Positions 1 through 11,424 of a stretch of DNA of 64,000 bases are shown here, in pieces. Each line of letters starts with the position of its first letter. Position 1 is the first letter of the stretch. The stretch is from Ptychomitrium polyphyllum. Taxonomy: Eukaryota. The DNA lies in assembly GCA_973851085.1 (NCBI GenBank), contig OZ316776.1:15748001-15812000 (forward strand), written 5' to 3'. The position numbers and the translations under genes were made by a program. The notes under the pieces are model-generated. The model ran no database searches and was not told where the DNA came from. It was given only the letters and a program-made list of their open reading frames with translations.

Positions 1-257
1 ATGAAAATGGTCATTTATTAATAAAATGCAAAATGAAATAATACACCATCTTAGGGGGCCTCACCATGAGGTCTCAAAATGTAGTCTAATTGAATACTAA
101 GAATAAGAGGGGAGATCAAAGGTTCAATGCACAACAAAATTTGATCTAATACTATTGTTGTAATAACATTCTAACAAGTAGCTGGTAGTGTTTCTTATCA
201 ACAAATTAATGTGGAGGCTTGGTTTGCCTCCTTCCTCTAGAAAAAAAATAGAGGAGA

Positions 258-312
258 ATGCATTAGAAGTTATAAGAAAATGCATTAGAAGTTATAAGAA
301 AATGCATTAGAA
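258..312. repeat. 22-bp tandem repeat (AATGCATTAGAAGTTATAAGAA, about 2.5 copies)
   Basis: Directly visible in the sequence. Confidence 0.85.
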
Positions 313-914
313 CCTACATATACTATTCATGAATTGTACACAAAAGCTTGTTCTGAGGTGTTTAGCATCCAGTGCATTTTCTGCTAGTGTTCATCCACAG
401 GGACGTTGTCATGGCGAAAGGAATGGGTGAAGCTGTGCAACAGGCTGCCATCTGAGATTCCAGTATTCAGGAAGCACTTTCATTCCAGCACAAACTTTTT
501 GGATGCAAACTGTGTGTGCCTAGCCTCACGTCCTAGGCTCCGTTTTGCAATACTAGCCTGTCACAGACAAGAGCTTTTGTCACCTGTCTCTAGTCTGAGA
601 ATGAGTACTATCTGCCTGACCTTCTCGTTTGTTTTTTCCTGCCGTTCTGTTGCTAGCGCAGGACGACGGTTAGCATGTGGTGCTCATGTCCACTGCACTT
701 CACTGATGGTGTTTTCACGTTCTGTACCAAGGTTGGTCCTGGTCTGCCAGAGGAATCTAAAACTTGGCTGACTTTCAGTTTCCCCGGTCAGACTGCCAAG
801 AGGTTGAAACATGATAAATGAGAGGTTTATTGTCAGTTTACAAGATTAACATATTTATCTCCGAAGTTACCTCAGAGTATGATATGTGATGCGTTTCTCA
901 GAACAGCTGGCGTT

Positions 915-3900
915 TCAACTTGAAAAATACTCTCTTATCATCACTCTTAAACGGGGTCCTATTTTCTCACTTAGCTTGATGAAAACAAAGAACAGGGTTC
1001 TGTAGATGGCTATCATAGCAATTATGATACCGAAATCTCCCCACTTTCCTCTACTGGTTTTGATCCCATAGATCTGCTCCAGCACATATCTCCCAGTGAT
1101 GTCTGCTCCAATTGGTTTGCCGTCCACTCCCAAGAAGTTCTGGAACATGAGACCTGGGATGTCATTCTTGAACAGCCCCTGCAACTTAATTAGCATTAGT
1201 ACATGTGAATCAAATCGTCATTGAAATCCATGGGCCTTCGAACACGTCAGACGTACAGTATAACTCAGTTGAACGTGAGTATGGTCTATGTTGACTCACC
1301 TGAATTGCGTAAGTGTGAAAAGCAATGTATGACACTGGGTACCTCCAAACAGGCTTTGGCACATCCTTAGTCAACCGGAAGTAACCCGCCACCAGCATGT
1401 ATATTGCCTGCTCGCATTCAATGTAGCAAATCAACGTAGCACAATATGAAAGAAGAATTTCGTCTATGAAAGTTTCATCATTGCAACAGCTGCTCTTCGA
1501 CACCCTAACAAAGATGTGAGGTGAATAGCTAATAAAGTTCACTAGCTTTCCATATCAAAATCTAGGTTATGCTCTTAAGATCCATGTTTTCAGCTCCAGA
1601 ATTCGACTAAAACGTAATCCAAAAAATAAAAGACGGCATTTCAAAGGTTGGTGAGCTATTATTGTGGCTGTCACGTACTTGGATTCCTGCACCAATGACA
1701 ATGCCGGCGAGGAAATTTCGGCCGACAACGCTTGATACAGTCATCATCAGGCTCTCCACACATGTTAAGGCTGCAAAGAGTGTGAGGATGAAATAGGCAT
1801 AGTGGCCAAACCCAGTATGCAACTTCACCATGAAGTACACAAGGGAACCTGACGACAATGCAATCAGGAACAGGAATGGAAGTGATGATAATGTGTTGCC
1901 AACCACAAAGGCAGCCACGCCGTAGTGCCCATTCAGTCGCTCATGATGGAATACCCTCATATCTTCTACAAAAGATGGGAATCCGCCAATGGCCATGAAC
2001 GTTAAGAACGCTGCAACAAAGAACATAACACCTGTCCGTGCCTGCAATAACAAACGTAATTCATCTTAGTCCGGAAATAGTATACAAAAGTCGCAAATTG
2101 AAGTGTTGGATCGATTAGGCATATGATAGCTCACCAATATGGAGCTATACTGGAAACCAACTCGCCAGAAGATTATTCCAAGACACAAGCCAACCATGAC
2201 ATACATTGCAACACGAAGCCAGTAGTAGCCTGGATCTCGTGTCATGTTCACGAAGGAGCGCTGTGTGAGAGTCATGCATTGCCAGAAAAAACTTGCACTG
2301 CCCTTGTTTCCCCCGGTAACCCCCCTTGTGTCGCACTGCAGCAACAAGTAGACATTATAATGAGCACAAATTTTCATTGTATAGTTACGACACCAACCAT
2401 ATGAGTTCAAATTTGTAGCAGAGACAAAAAGTTGGTGTTTGATATGATGATGTTCGCTTGGAGATGGAAAAACTTACTGCTTCTGAGAGAATTTGCGAGA
2501 TTTTTGCTCGTGTTGCTGTGGCATATTCACTTCGTTGATAAGCAGCTGCAAGATTCTTAACTACTTCCTCGGTATTCTTCCTTGATTTCAGCAGCAATGG
2601 ATCGGCCGTTTCTACATCGTCCTGCACATGTCGACAGCAGTTCGTGACACTTCGGCAAACGAATCATCATTTTCTCAATCCTCTGAGTTACATGTAGCAT
2701 ACAAATTCAAGCTCTGAAAAGCATGACAAAAGTAAATCTCGCACAGGAAGGGACGGTTTCTCGCGGGATTTCTTCCAACTTACATCTACTTGGAGATTTT
2801 TAAGGGAGGACTTCACTGTGTCGAAGTCGGCGTTGATGATTTGCAAATAATGATCTGATGGATTTTGCATTGGAGGGCAGGGGTAGTTGGATGCTCCAAA
2901 GAACTGTTTCATTCAAAAAGAATCAGCGTACTTGGTTACATAAACTCAAGTACACTGGAACCACCTTCCCTTCTGCCATATCGAATAAGTCACAAGACAC
3001 AACTAAACCGTACAAGGTCTACCAAGGACGAATACTGCGTACGTAGATTCCGGTGCACAATAGGAACGGTTATATATCATTTAGGCACAACCTATGATAA
3101 AATGCAAGGATGCATGTGAACAAGACTACATACCAACTCAATACAAGTGTCATAGTCAACTGAAGGTTGCTAACCTCAGAGGCACTCACAGCCTCCCCAA
3201 AGAAAATGGTTTGTCCTTTGGAAAGGAGAGCGAGGTTGTCGAAGAGCGCAAACACTTCACTGCTGGGCTGATGAATTACCGAGATCACCGTCCGCCCTGT
3301 TTTGGCTAGATTCTTCAATGTTGTAACCACAAAGTAAGCGGCAGCACTGCGCGCACAAGCACCAGAGTACATATGATCACAAAATACAACAGTTTGTCTC
3401 ATTTTCCACCTGGAAAATTGTACAATGATACAGTGCACCTAACCAGCTGTATAGTTTCTTGTGCTTCACCTGTCAAGCCCACTGGTAGGTTCATCCAGGA
3501 AGAGCAAGTGAGGGCGAGTTAGAATCTGCAATGCAATACTGAGGCGACGTTTCTCTCCTCCACTAAGACCACGTACGAAAAAGTTCCCCACGTATGTGTT
3601 CTGGCAACCAGTGAGCCCCATATCCAGGATTGTACTGTCCACAAGCGCCCTCTTCTCTTCCTTTATAGTCTTGTCTGGTAATCGCAAGCTCGCAGAATAC
3701 ATGATGCTCTCACGCACCGTTAGAGTGCCAATCAGCACATCCTCTTAAGTCACATATGCCTGAAACGAATGGTTAAAAAATTTCGATCGCCAGTCAACAA
3801 ACCCAAAATTATTTCTCTGCGACGATAAAACTTCGAACATTAAGTAATTGTTTATTGAAGGATTAAGTGAGGCTAAGCTCACCGCAGTGCCATAGGAGAG

Positions 3901-5021
3901 TGTTGCCTTCTTCTGTCCATTCAGCATTATGTCTCCTGTCAGCACTGTATTGGGAGCTAACCGTCCTGCAGCATGGGTAGACATCTACATCGCTGAGCGC
4001 AGGATTGAGATGAATCAAACTGTACATACTCCAAGACCGCACTCACAATGGATAGGGATTACTGATGATCAATTTTGACCACTAAAATAATTATATTGAT
4101 GCCAAAGCTACAATGTTACCTGCCAAAGCATCAAGCAATGTGGACTTTCCCGACCCGCTGGGTCCCATAATCGCCATAATCGATCCTGGCTCCGCATATC
4201 CTGCAGTAAATACAGACCAATGGCACAACAATTCTCAAATCACGCTCAATAGCAAATCAGGTTTACATTAGCACCAGCTGCTATGAGCAGTAAATTTTCT
4301 CTTTAGACTTACATACGTACTATCATGTGTAAGCAAAGAGCATGCTGCAAAAGAAGTTGGCACTACATATAATAACTTCAAATCAAACCTGCGAAATGAT
4401 TTGCAGCTATACTTCAACGGAAAAAATAGAATTAAAAAAAAACACCACCGGCATTATCTAAGAAAAATGGCCACACTGGGTGTAAAGAAGAATGTAACTG
4501 AGTCGGACATATGCAGACTGCTCCTTACACCTAGAAGTGGTCGTTTTTCAACTCTAAGAGAGACAAGAAACCAACCGGTAGAGGTCAATATATCGATCCA
4601 ATAAAATCTCAAGGGCAAGAGCAATCCCCGAAGGACGCTAAATGGACACTACCCACAGGCTCCGAGAAGCTATCTAAGTGAGCGACAGAGCCAGGAAGCG
4701 AATAATCGTCATCCTCAGGACGATGAGTTGCAACGTCTGAACCAGGCCTGGAGGTCCGAAACAAGTAGTATTAAAAGAAGTGGCGGGCATCAAAGCAAAA
4801 CCGATCGCAAGTGTGAAAGGCATAGATTAAAAACACAGCTAGTACTGAAAAGTCGATCGCGTTTCAAGTCTGATATTTTTCTGCAAAATACTCAATCCAA
4901 GCAAGTGATCCGTGGCGCTACCTGTGGCACCGACGAGGATGGGGCGGGGCGGTTTTCCTTGTTTTGCATTCACGTTCACGCACAGATCAGTCCACACGAT
5001 GTAAGCAGCGTCACTTGCCAT
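915..5021 (-). CDS. ABCG (WBC) half-size ABC transporter, ABCG11-like; contains an in-frame premature TAA at 3745-3747 (possible pseudogene)
   Basis: Eleven GT-AG exons, approx. 5021-4922, 4200-4120, 3965-3883, 3759-3470, 3346-3175, 2903-2784, 2621-2478, 2335-2135, 2041-1679, 1407-1300, 1178-915. Motifs: Walker [10 protein letters not shown], signature LSGGEKRR, Walker [13 protein letters not shown]-loop IHQP, NPSDH, then an ABC2 membrane domain (NBD-TMD order). Confidence 0.92.
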
Positions 5022-6324
5022 CTTGAGGTCCTGGACTGCACCAGCAGCAAGCTACCCTTCTTCCCAAGTTTTCCCTTACTAATCCCTCCTGGTTCCTCCA
5101 CTCCGCCTGAATTCTGATAAGCGCAACAACTACTTCACCTTAGGGACCTAGAAGCTGGACAACAATGACTCCTAAATTAGCAGCTTTCCTGGAAAGGGAA
5201 ACTGCGAATATACTGGGGCTTGACGTCACACACATAGGACATTCCACTGATTCCCACTTCTATAATTGATCAAACCGTTGTGTCATTGGCCTTCAATTAA
5301 AGCACGTATTTAATCCACCAATTGAATCGTCACGAGACTTACTATCCTTATAAAAATAATTGCGAATAGGCGAGCAGAGTGTAAAGCTGCGTGTACAGTA
5401 TGCAGAGGGCCCAACACAGGGCCCAATGAGGTAGTCGGTTTTCTCATGAGATCGATACATGGCCTACGAATTGTTGGCTATATTTTAGTAAGCTGTGACT
5501 AGTTGTGACCAAGCGTGACGCAGGCTCGAGGCACTGTGGAAGTCAATAGGCTCGAGTGACTTGCTACAAAGACTGCAGAAGCAATTATATGATCATTCAA
5601 GGAGTCTACCCCGTGCACGTTTCCGGGGGCTTCATGGGGTGCTTCTCTTTTGTCGTGAGGCCTGAAAAAGGGTTGCCTTGCCGCTGTCTAAGGAGGACAA
5701 GGATCACAGCTTGATTGGAGAGAAACTTACATCAGAACTGGTGTGGACGAAGTACAGGAACTGGATTCGTAGTTTGTTCCTTCTGTGTAGCAGCAAACCA
5801 ATCTGGAATCTTGATGTCAAGCTTGATTTATTCAGGATTATCGTGAAATGGACTCTGGGATACAAGTTGAGTCAATCAAATTGTGATACAACAACGAACT
5901 TGAGCTTGATGTGTGCTTCATACTTAAACAATAAATTTCCTTTTCTATGTTTCCAATTGCACTAATCACCCCTCGCTGCCAGCTCGTATTACCGCACCAA
6001 ACGTCCCTTCATCTTGTGTCTAGGTCTGTGAACTGTGGCTTGAGATTCTAAGGACTATTGTCCAGTGTTGTGGATCATTCATCATTTATTGGCCGTTTTC
6101 CTATTCACTCAATACAGTACCTAATCAAGCCAAGGAAAGATCGTATTGAACTTTAACGCAAGTGAGATGTGCTTTGAGGTAGTTAGAACAAATTGTTTTA
6201 GTTTTAACAAAGTATTATGTTAATCAACTAACGGAATGTGTAAAAAATAATTTCTAGTGGAGATCTCCCTTCCAGACATCCAATCTACTCATGAGAATCA
6301 TATCCAGGGAGGTAATAGCAGTGC

Positions 6325-6393
6325 CATCAGCTACGGCTACAGAACAGCAGTCCATAGTGCTGCTGAACTGCTGACCTATATCCATAGCTGATA
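6325..6393 (-). ncRNA. Candidate stem-loop RNA (pre-miRNA-like)
   Basis: The minus strand folds into a ~30-bp stem with two 1x1 mismatches and a 9-nt loop. Several G:U pairs form only on the minus strand. No known mature miRNA recognised. Confidence 0.35.
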
Positions 6394-7410
6394 CTATCTG
6401 TAAAAATTAAATTTCTCAAGTGGACGGACAGAATTAACACCTCAGCTAGCAAGAGGAAGGACTAAAACACGTGCAGAATTTTGAAGTTTAAAGTTCAGTG
6501 ACACTAAATCTAGTTTCTTTAATTTTCAATGAACTACTAGCAAATGTATCACACGGATGAGAGGTTGCAAGGTTTTTACTTATGGAAAGAAACAAGTGCT
6601 GGTCAAGGTTCATTTATACCAGAACTAGCTTCAATCTCGAGATTGGCAAGTTGTGATGAATATTTACTGTAGCCTGAAGTGAGTGCAACAGACACAGTTT
6701 ACAAACCCTGGAACATTTTCTCATACAAAGTATCACAACAGAAGTTCGATAACCCAAGTCGTACGAAGCTGAAAAGATACACGACAATGCATCACGGAAG
6801 TATTAACACGCAACTCCCACTCGTTACTGATATATCTGATAGCAGCAACGGCATATTCGTATTGACATTGTTCTGGTACCTGCAATATTAGGTTTAATGC
6901 AATGCCTTAAGTAACCATTCCTAAACCTTGAAATAGCAGTAAGTTGATTGCAAATGCAACGTCGTGAGCATTAAGTAACCTTGAAATAGCAATACATTTG
7001 CAATCGATGTTAATAAGAATGACGACCAGAAATTAAGAAAGACAACTTACTTGAAATCTAAAAACACCGTAAATCTAACTGTATGATCATATCGACCAGA
7101 ATTTTCATGATGCTTACTGAAAACTGCACAGTAGTTTTTGAAAGACTTCCGCACCAATTCGGAAGATAGGTCTGATATAACTCAGCAGAAACCTTGCATG
7201 CATAAACTGCATCCGGATTTTTCTTAGTTGACATCAAAGGGGTCATTCGAGGCCACCATCTGCCCTGGTCAATGATCATATCTGCATGGTTCTTTGCAGG
7301 AATAACACCTGAAAGATCTCCAGAAAATGCGACTTCCAAAATTCACTATAGTAATCTTCCACTATGGAAGACTTGACGTAAAAAGAACAACATGAAGACT
7401 TCTATACAAT

Positions 7411-8652
7411 TTAGATACCTGCTATTTTGTATTCATGCAATTGATCCCACAGTGTGTTAGCTGGAAAAAGAAGGTTCATGGGCTTCCCATACAACGAGCA
7501 TAGGGTCCCTTGAAGGGGTTTGCAAGGCAACAGTTCCCTCAAGGATGTGCGCAGGTCATAAACTATTGACATCCCGGTTGACAGACACAACAACACAATA
7601 GATTTGCAGCAACCAAATGCTTTCAAGTGAACAGACGAAAACCTTAGCCTTGATATTCTTGAAGGTCGCACATCAAGAACTTGCCTTATATCTGCTTCCG
7701 CAATTCCAAATACGCTGCTGCAGGTTCTATCCCCAAGATGCACTTCACTTATTTCATATGACCAGCTATCTTGTGCCCATGGCCAAGTCTCATAGCTAAC
7801 ATAACTCTGATCTGGAAGCTTTTGCATCCATGATGCAAGAAATAACCGATTATCACTGACGATGAGTTGGGGATAGTGAAACGATCGTATGGGGATATCC
7901 ACACAAGTATTCTTCCAGACATCCTCGACATGGTTGTAACTCCAAAGGCAATCATGCTGCGCAATCCGTGTTGTTGAAGGAGACATCAAAACGTACAGGA
8001 ACCCATGGAAGAAGATGCTTGATGTAGCTCGAAAAGGAAACCCTATCAGCGGCGTGTGAAGGATGGTTGAGTTCCGCCATTGATTAGTTGTTGACTCATA
8101 TATAACCATGAAAGGTTTATCTGCACTTACGCGTTCTCCCTTATCACCATTCGGAATGAGAAAAATCTTGTAGGCAAGGGCAACGTTGTCAAAAGCCATA
8201 TCCAGTACTGGCCGTATACTTGCACCAATGGCGGTGCAAGACGGCAGTTTTCTAGATTTCCTTGCAATAGGGCTGGAAACAAATACTGAAGCATCATGTT
8301 CGCCATGTGCATATAAATGCTGGCACACTAGCCCTCCATCCATGGCCACAGTTCCTTCTCTATAATTACCAAAAACCTTCTGTTCATTGTGTGTAATATT
8401 GTACCAGCGCCTTGCGCTGAGATCCAGGAAGCTCCATCCCTTCTCCTCACATAGGACAATGATACGTCCACAATCCTGTCTTGCATGCTGAATACACAGA
8501 GCCCCGAATGCAGGCGTGCGAATGAACGCGTTCCACTGCTTGCAAACAGTCCGAAATCTGCACAACACAGGTACTGATAGGTAGGACAGCACTCGCTCCA
8601 CGAGCTCAGAAGGGAGCGTGCTCCACATCTCAACGGCCATATTGTCGTCCAT
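7411..8652 (-). CDS. F-box protein (F-box plus kelch/FBA-like C-terminal region), intronless CDS, 413 aa
   Basis: Long ORF with an N-terminal F-box: WSTLPSELVERVLSYLSVPVLCRFRTVCKQWN. Probable 5'UTR intron (donor ~9091, acceptor ~8684 or 8660). Confidence 0.9.
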   Translation of the reverse strand: MDDNMAVEMWSTLPSELVERVLSYLSVPVLCRFRTVCKQWNAFIRTPAFGALCIQHARQDCGRIIVLCEEKGWSFLDLSARRWYNITHNEQKVFGNYREGTVAMDGGLVCQHLYAHGEHDASVFVSSPIARKSRKLPSCTAIGASIRPVLDMAFDNVALAYKIFLIPNGDKGERVSADKPFMVIYESTTNQWRNSTILHTPLIGFPFRATSSIFFHGFLYVLMSPSTTRIAQHDCLWSYNHVEDVWKNTCVDIPIRSFHYPQLIVSDNRLFLASWMQKLPDQSYVSYETWPWAQDSWSYEISEVHLGDRTCSSVFGIAEADIRQVLDVRPSRISRLRFSSVHLKAFGCCKSIVLLCLSTGMSIVYDLRTSLRELLPCKPLQGTLCSLYGKPMNLLFPANTLWDQLHEYKIAGI

Positions 8653-8825
8653 CGTGGTCCTGTGGACGCAAGATAACCCAGAACTGCAACATGTTAGCTC
8701 GCTGAGAAATCTAGTTGCAAAACCTGAACATTTTTAGGGTTTCGGTCTAAGCTCAAATATTGGTCGTCATATCCTAAAAGCGCTTTGCTAATACAAGAAC
8801 GAAATTCACAAGGAGCTTTCGGCTG

Positions 8826-8924
8826 AATCTCACATGGGCAAAGGGAAGTGTTTTTGCAAAAACCCACATGAATATCGACAAAATAGCATGTGATCTCTCT
8901 ATTCCCATGTGGGATGGTGCCAAA
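8826..8924. repeat. ~100-bp hairpin element, copy 1 (MITE-like or structured RNA)
   Basis: Aligns by eye with the reverse complement of 11015-11123. Its ends are self-complementary (ATCTCACATGGG...CCCATGTGGGAT). Confidence 0.7.
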
Positions 8925-10029
8925 CATGAGACGAAACATGGTCAAGCTAGGCTAGCAAGCAATGGGACAACACATACGAAACTAAGCTCTACATGAAATT
9001 TTTGATGAAAAGACTGGGATGAGCACTAACTCCAGCGCACTCCACAACACCCCACGACAAACACTCAGCTGAACTTCGTTCCTTCTCTTACCTCTAACCA
9101 ACACAAATTGCACATAAATCGAAGAGCAGAAACCGCACAACAGTCAAAAGGAGAAGAGTAGGCTAACGTTGGCTGCGTAAGAGTAAACCCTAGAGCCAAA
9201 TGTGTGCATCAAAACCAGGTTTCCACAGACTGAGATGGTGACAGAGACTATGTCCCAGCTGCTTCCTCGAAGTACTTGATTGCCATGATTACCTTTGCGT
9301 GTGTGACTTACTTGGGAAGAATTGTGCTAGTGCAGTGGAGGAATTGAGAGCTTAGTCTTGCCCTTAGGACTTCAAATTGATTTCATCAAATATAATAAGT
9401 TCGATGCTCCCAATCAAATCTTAATAATTGTGAGCAGAAGCAATTCATTGCAAACCATTACAGGATCAACCTCATGTTCGAAAAGTATGCCGGCAGGGGT
9501 CCAAAAGGAATAGGATGAATAAGTGTATGGATGGTAAGGTAACAACCAAAGGTGGACGATTTCGCGACTTGACACTATTCATGTACTGTTGAGTGCCAGG
9601 TAAAACCACAGATATGTATCAAACATGACTATTATTATGTAACATGAAACTCCCCTGTGACATACTGTGCTTGAACATCCTGTAAATTCAACACCACAGA
9701 TTGACAGGCTGACCATTCTTGTCAGGTGGTTGGTAACTTTACCACACTTGATAAATTTTATAAAGAATAGACTTGAGAGTGCATGTTGCCTGAGTTGTTC
9801 GAAAAGCAAATTGGATTTGAACAGAGAAGTTCACTTCATCACTGAAGCTTATGAATTAATAGTGCTTCTGTGGAGCTCATCCCAGTTACAACTTCCCACT
9901 TCAAATTTCATAGGAAAACTCCGGACGTTTGTGATTTCAGTTCAGATATTCAGACGCATTGGCACAATACAGAGAAGAATGAAAAAGGTGAGGCAAGCTC
10001 AGAGAAGCAAAATGGACTGCATTCCCTAC

Positions 10030-11424
10030 CTGATGGACTGAATTGACAGGAATGCTGAAAGTGGAGTTGGCAGAGAAAGGTGTAGCTACAGGTTCTCCTG
10101 GGAAATTGTCATCCGATTCAGGAGCAATGTACACTGTGCCACTCCCCTTTACTATTATAAAGATTTCTTCGCAATCGTGACGATGGACCGGCGTACCACG
10201 CCCAGGTGTAAGTGTCTCCAGCCAGGCTTCCACCTGCATGTAAAGCAGAAAGTTATCGAGTCATTTAGGAAAACAGATCAATGGAGCTCCCTCAATCTCT
10301 CAGGTCTTGCAGACATTGTATCTAGACCTCTTTGCTATAGTCTTTTCTCAAGAAACACTACAGAACATCCACGTTCGTATACAAAATTAATCAATAGAAG
10401 TGTAGAATTTCTTCGTGCCGTATCTCATGGTGTTTGCTGCACTGTTAGTGACCGTCTTCAACGTTGTCAACGCTACATTAACTGAGAGCTCTATACTGGT
10501 CAAAACTGGCTTCTGCTGTGCTTTACATGCACTCGAGTGACTCGCAACTAGAAATGATTCTCTTACCTCCTTCATACCATCTTGCACAGCTCCCGCAAGC
10601 GTTATGTGATTCAACCCCGGAATAGTATCAGCATTACCAATGAACTGCTTCAATTCCCCTACCTCTCGGACAACAGACGACTCTGTTTCATGTACAAATA
10701 GATCATGCTTAGAGCTTCTTAACCTCGCTCATGCTAACCATACACCGCAAACACAGGCATCACGACACATGCTCCAAACCTTGACCGTTGCGAAGACGAG
10801 CCTCTCCACTAATCCGTTTAATCAAGGAAGATCTAATCACGGTAGCCAGCATCTTCAGTTCACACGAACTGAATGATCCAACAAAAATGGCAAACCACGC
10901 ATGAGTTTCTTAGCTATGTCAACTATCCAAGACAGAGACTCGCTCATTGCAATCACCGAATGCATATCCGAGAAAAGCAACATTAGGCCAACCCAGCCAA
11001 GTCTCACAGCGAGCTTTTGGCACAATCCCATATGGTAAGAGGGAGATCACCTCATAGTCTTCCGATCACTCATCTGGGTTTCCGCCAAACACCTTTTTTC
11101 TTCCATGTGGGATTGTGTCAAAAACCCCCTGTGCGATCTGTCCTATTTGTCTTAAATGACTAACCCTACAACGGAGTCTCACGCGAAAACTTCAGCCGAA
11201 CTCCTGGCATGTGAGCTAAGATCATGTCAAGTAACGAGTAGTACTGATTCCAATTGGCAATACTGATCTGCGCTATTGTAGAGGGACCAAAGACCTGAAT
11301 AGAACGATTCAATCAGCTCCAGAAATACTCAGCAACTCAGAACATGTATACCTGCTATGCCGAGAACAAGCGTGGTGATGAGAACCATGGAAAGGACGTT
11401 TCGCAGAGGTGTTGAGGACGCCAT
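10030..11424 (-). CDS. ABP1: Auxin-binding protein 1-like cupin; canonical 3' exons not found
   Basis: Exons 11424-11352 (signal-peptide-like MASSTPLRNVLSMVLITTLVLGIA), ~10682-10568 (GLNHITLAGAVQDGMKE) and 10233-10030 (VEAWLETLTPGRGTPVHRHDCEEIFIIVKGSG...NSTFSIPVNSVHQ). These match ABP1 boxes A and B with the Zn-binding His/His/Glu/His residues. Confidence 0.8.
11015..11123. repeat. ~109-bp hairpin element, copy 2, in ABP1 intron 1
   Basis: Terminal inverted repeats TTTTGGCACAATCCCATATGG / CCATGTGGGATTGTGTCAAAA. Homologous, in inverted orientation, to 8826-8924. Confidence 0.75.

Noticed and set aside
3745..3747. U-to-C RNA editing rescuing the ABCG stop
   Set aside because: Such editing is established for plant organelles, not nuclear mRNA. 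Mutation or sequencing error is simpler.
9850..9935. FP...WDEL peptide on the minus strand as the ABP1 last exon
   Set aside because: The spacing differs from KFPYYWDE, there is a stop just upstream, and no suitable acceptor. Probably coincidental.
7411..11424. In-frame ABP1 / F-box fusion protein (same strand, ABP1 3' end missing)
   Set aside because: Both acceptors upstream of the F-box ATG (exon starts 8683 and 8659) need a phase-2 donor, but the ABP1 donors are phase 0 or 1. Direct splicing is out of frame.
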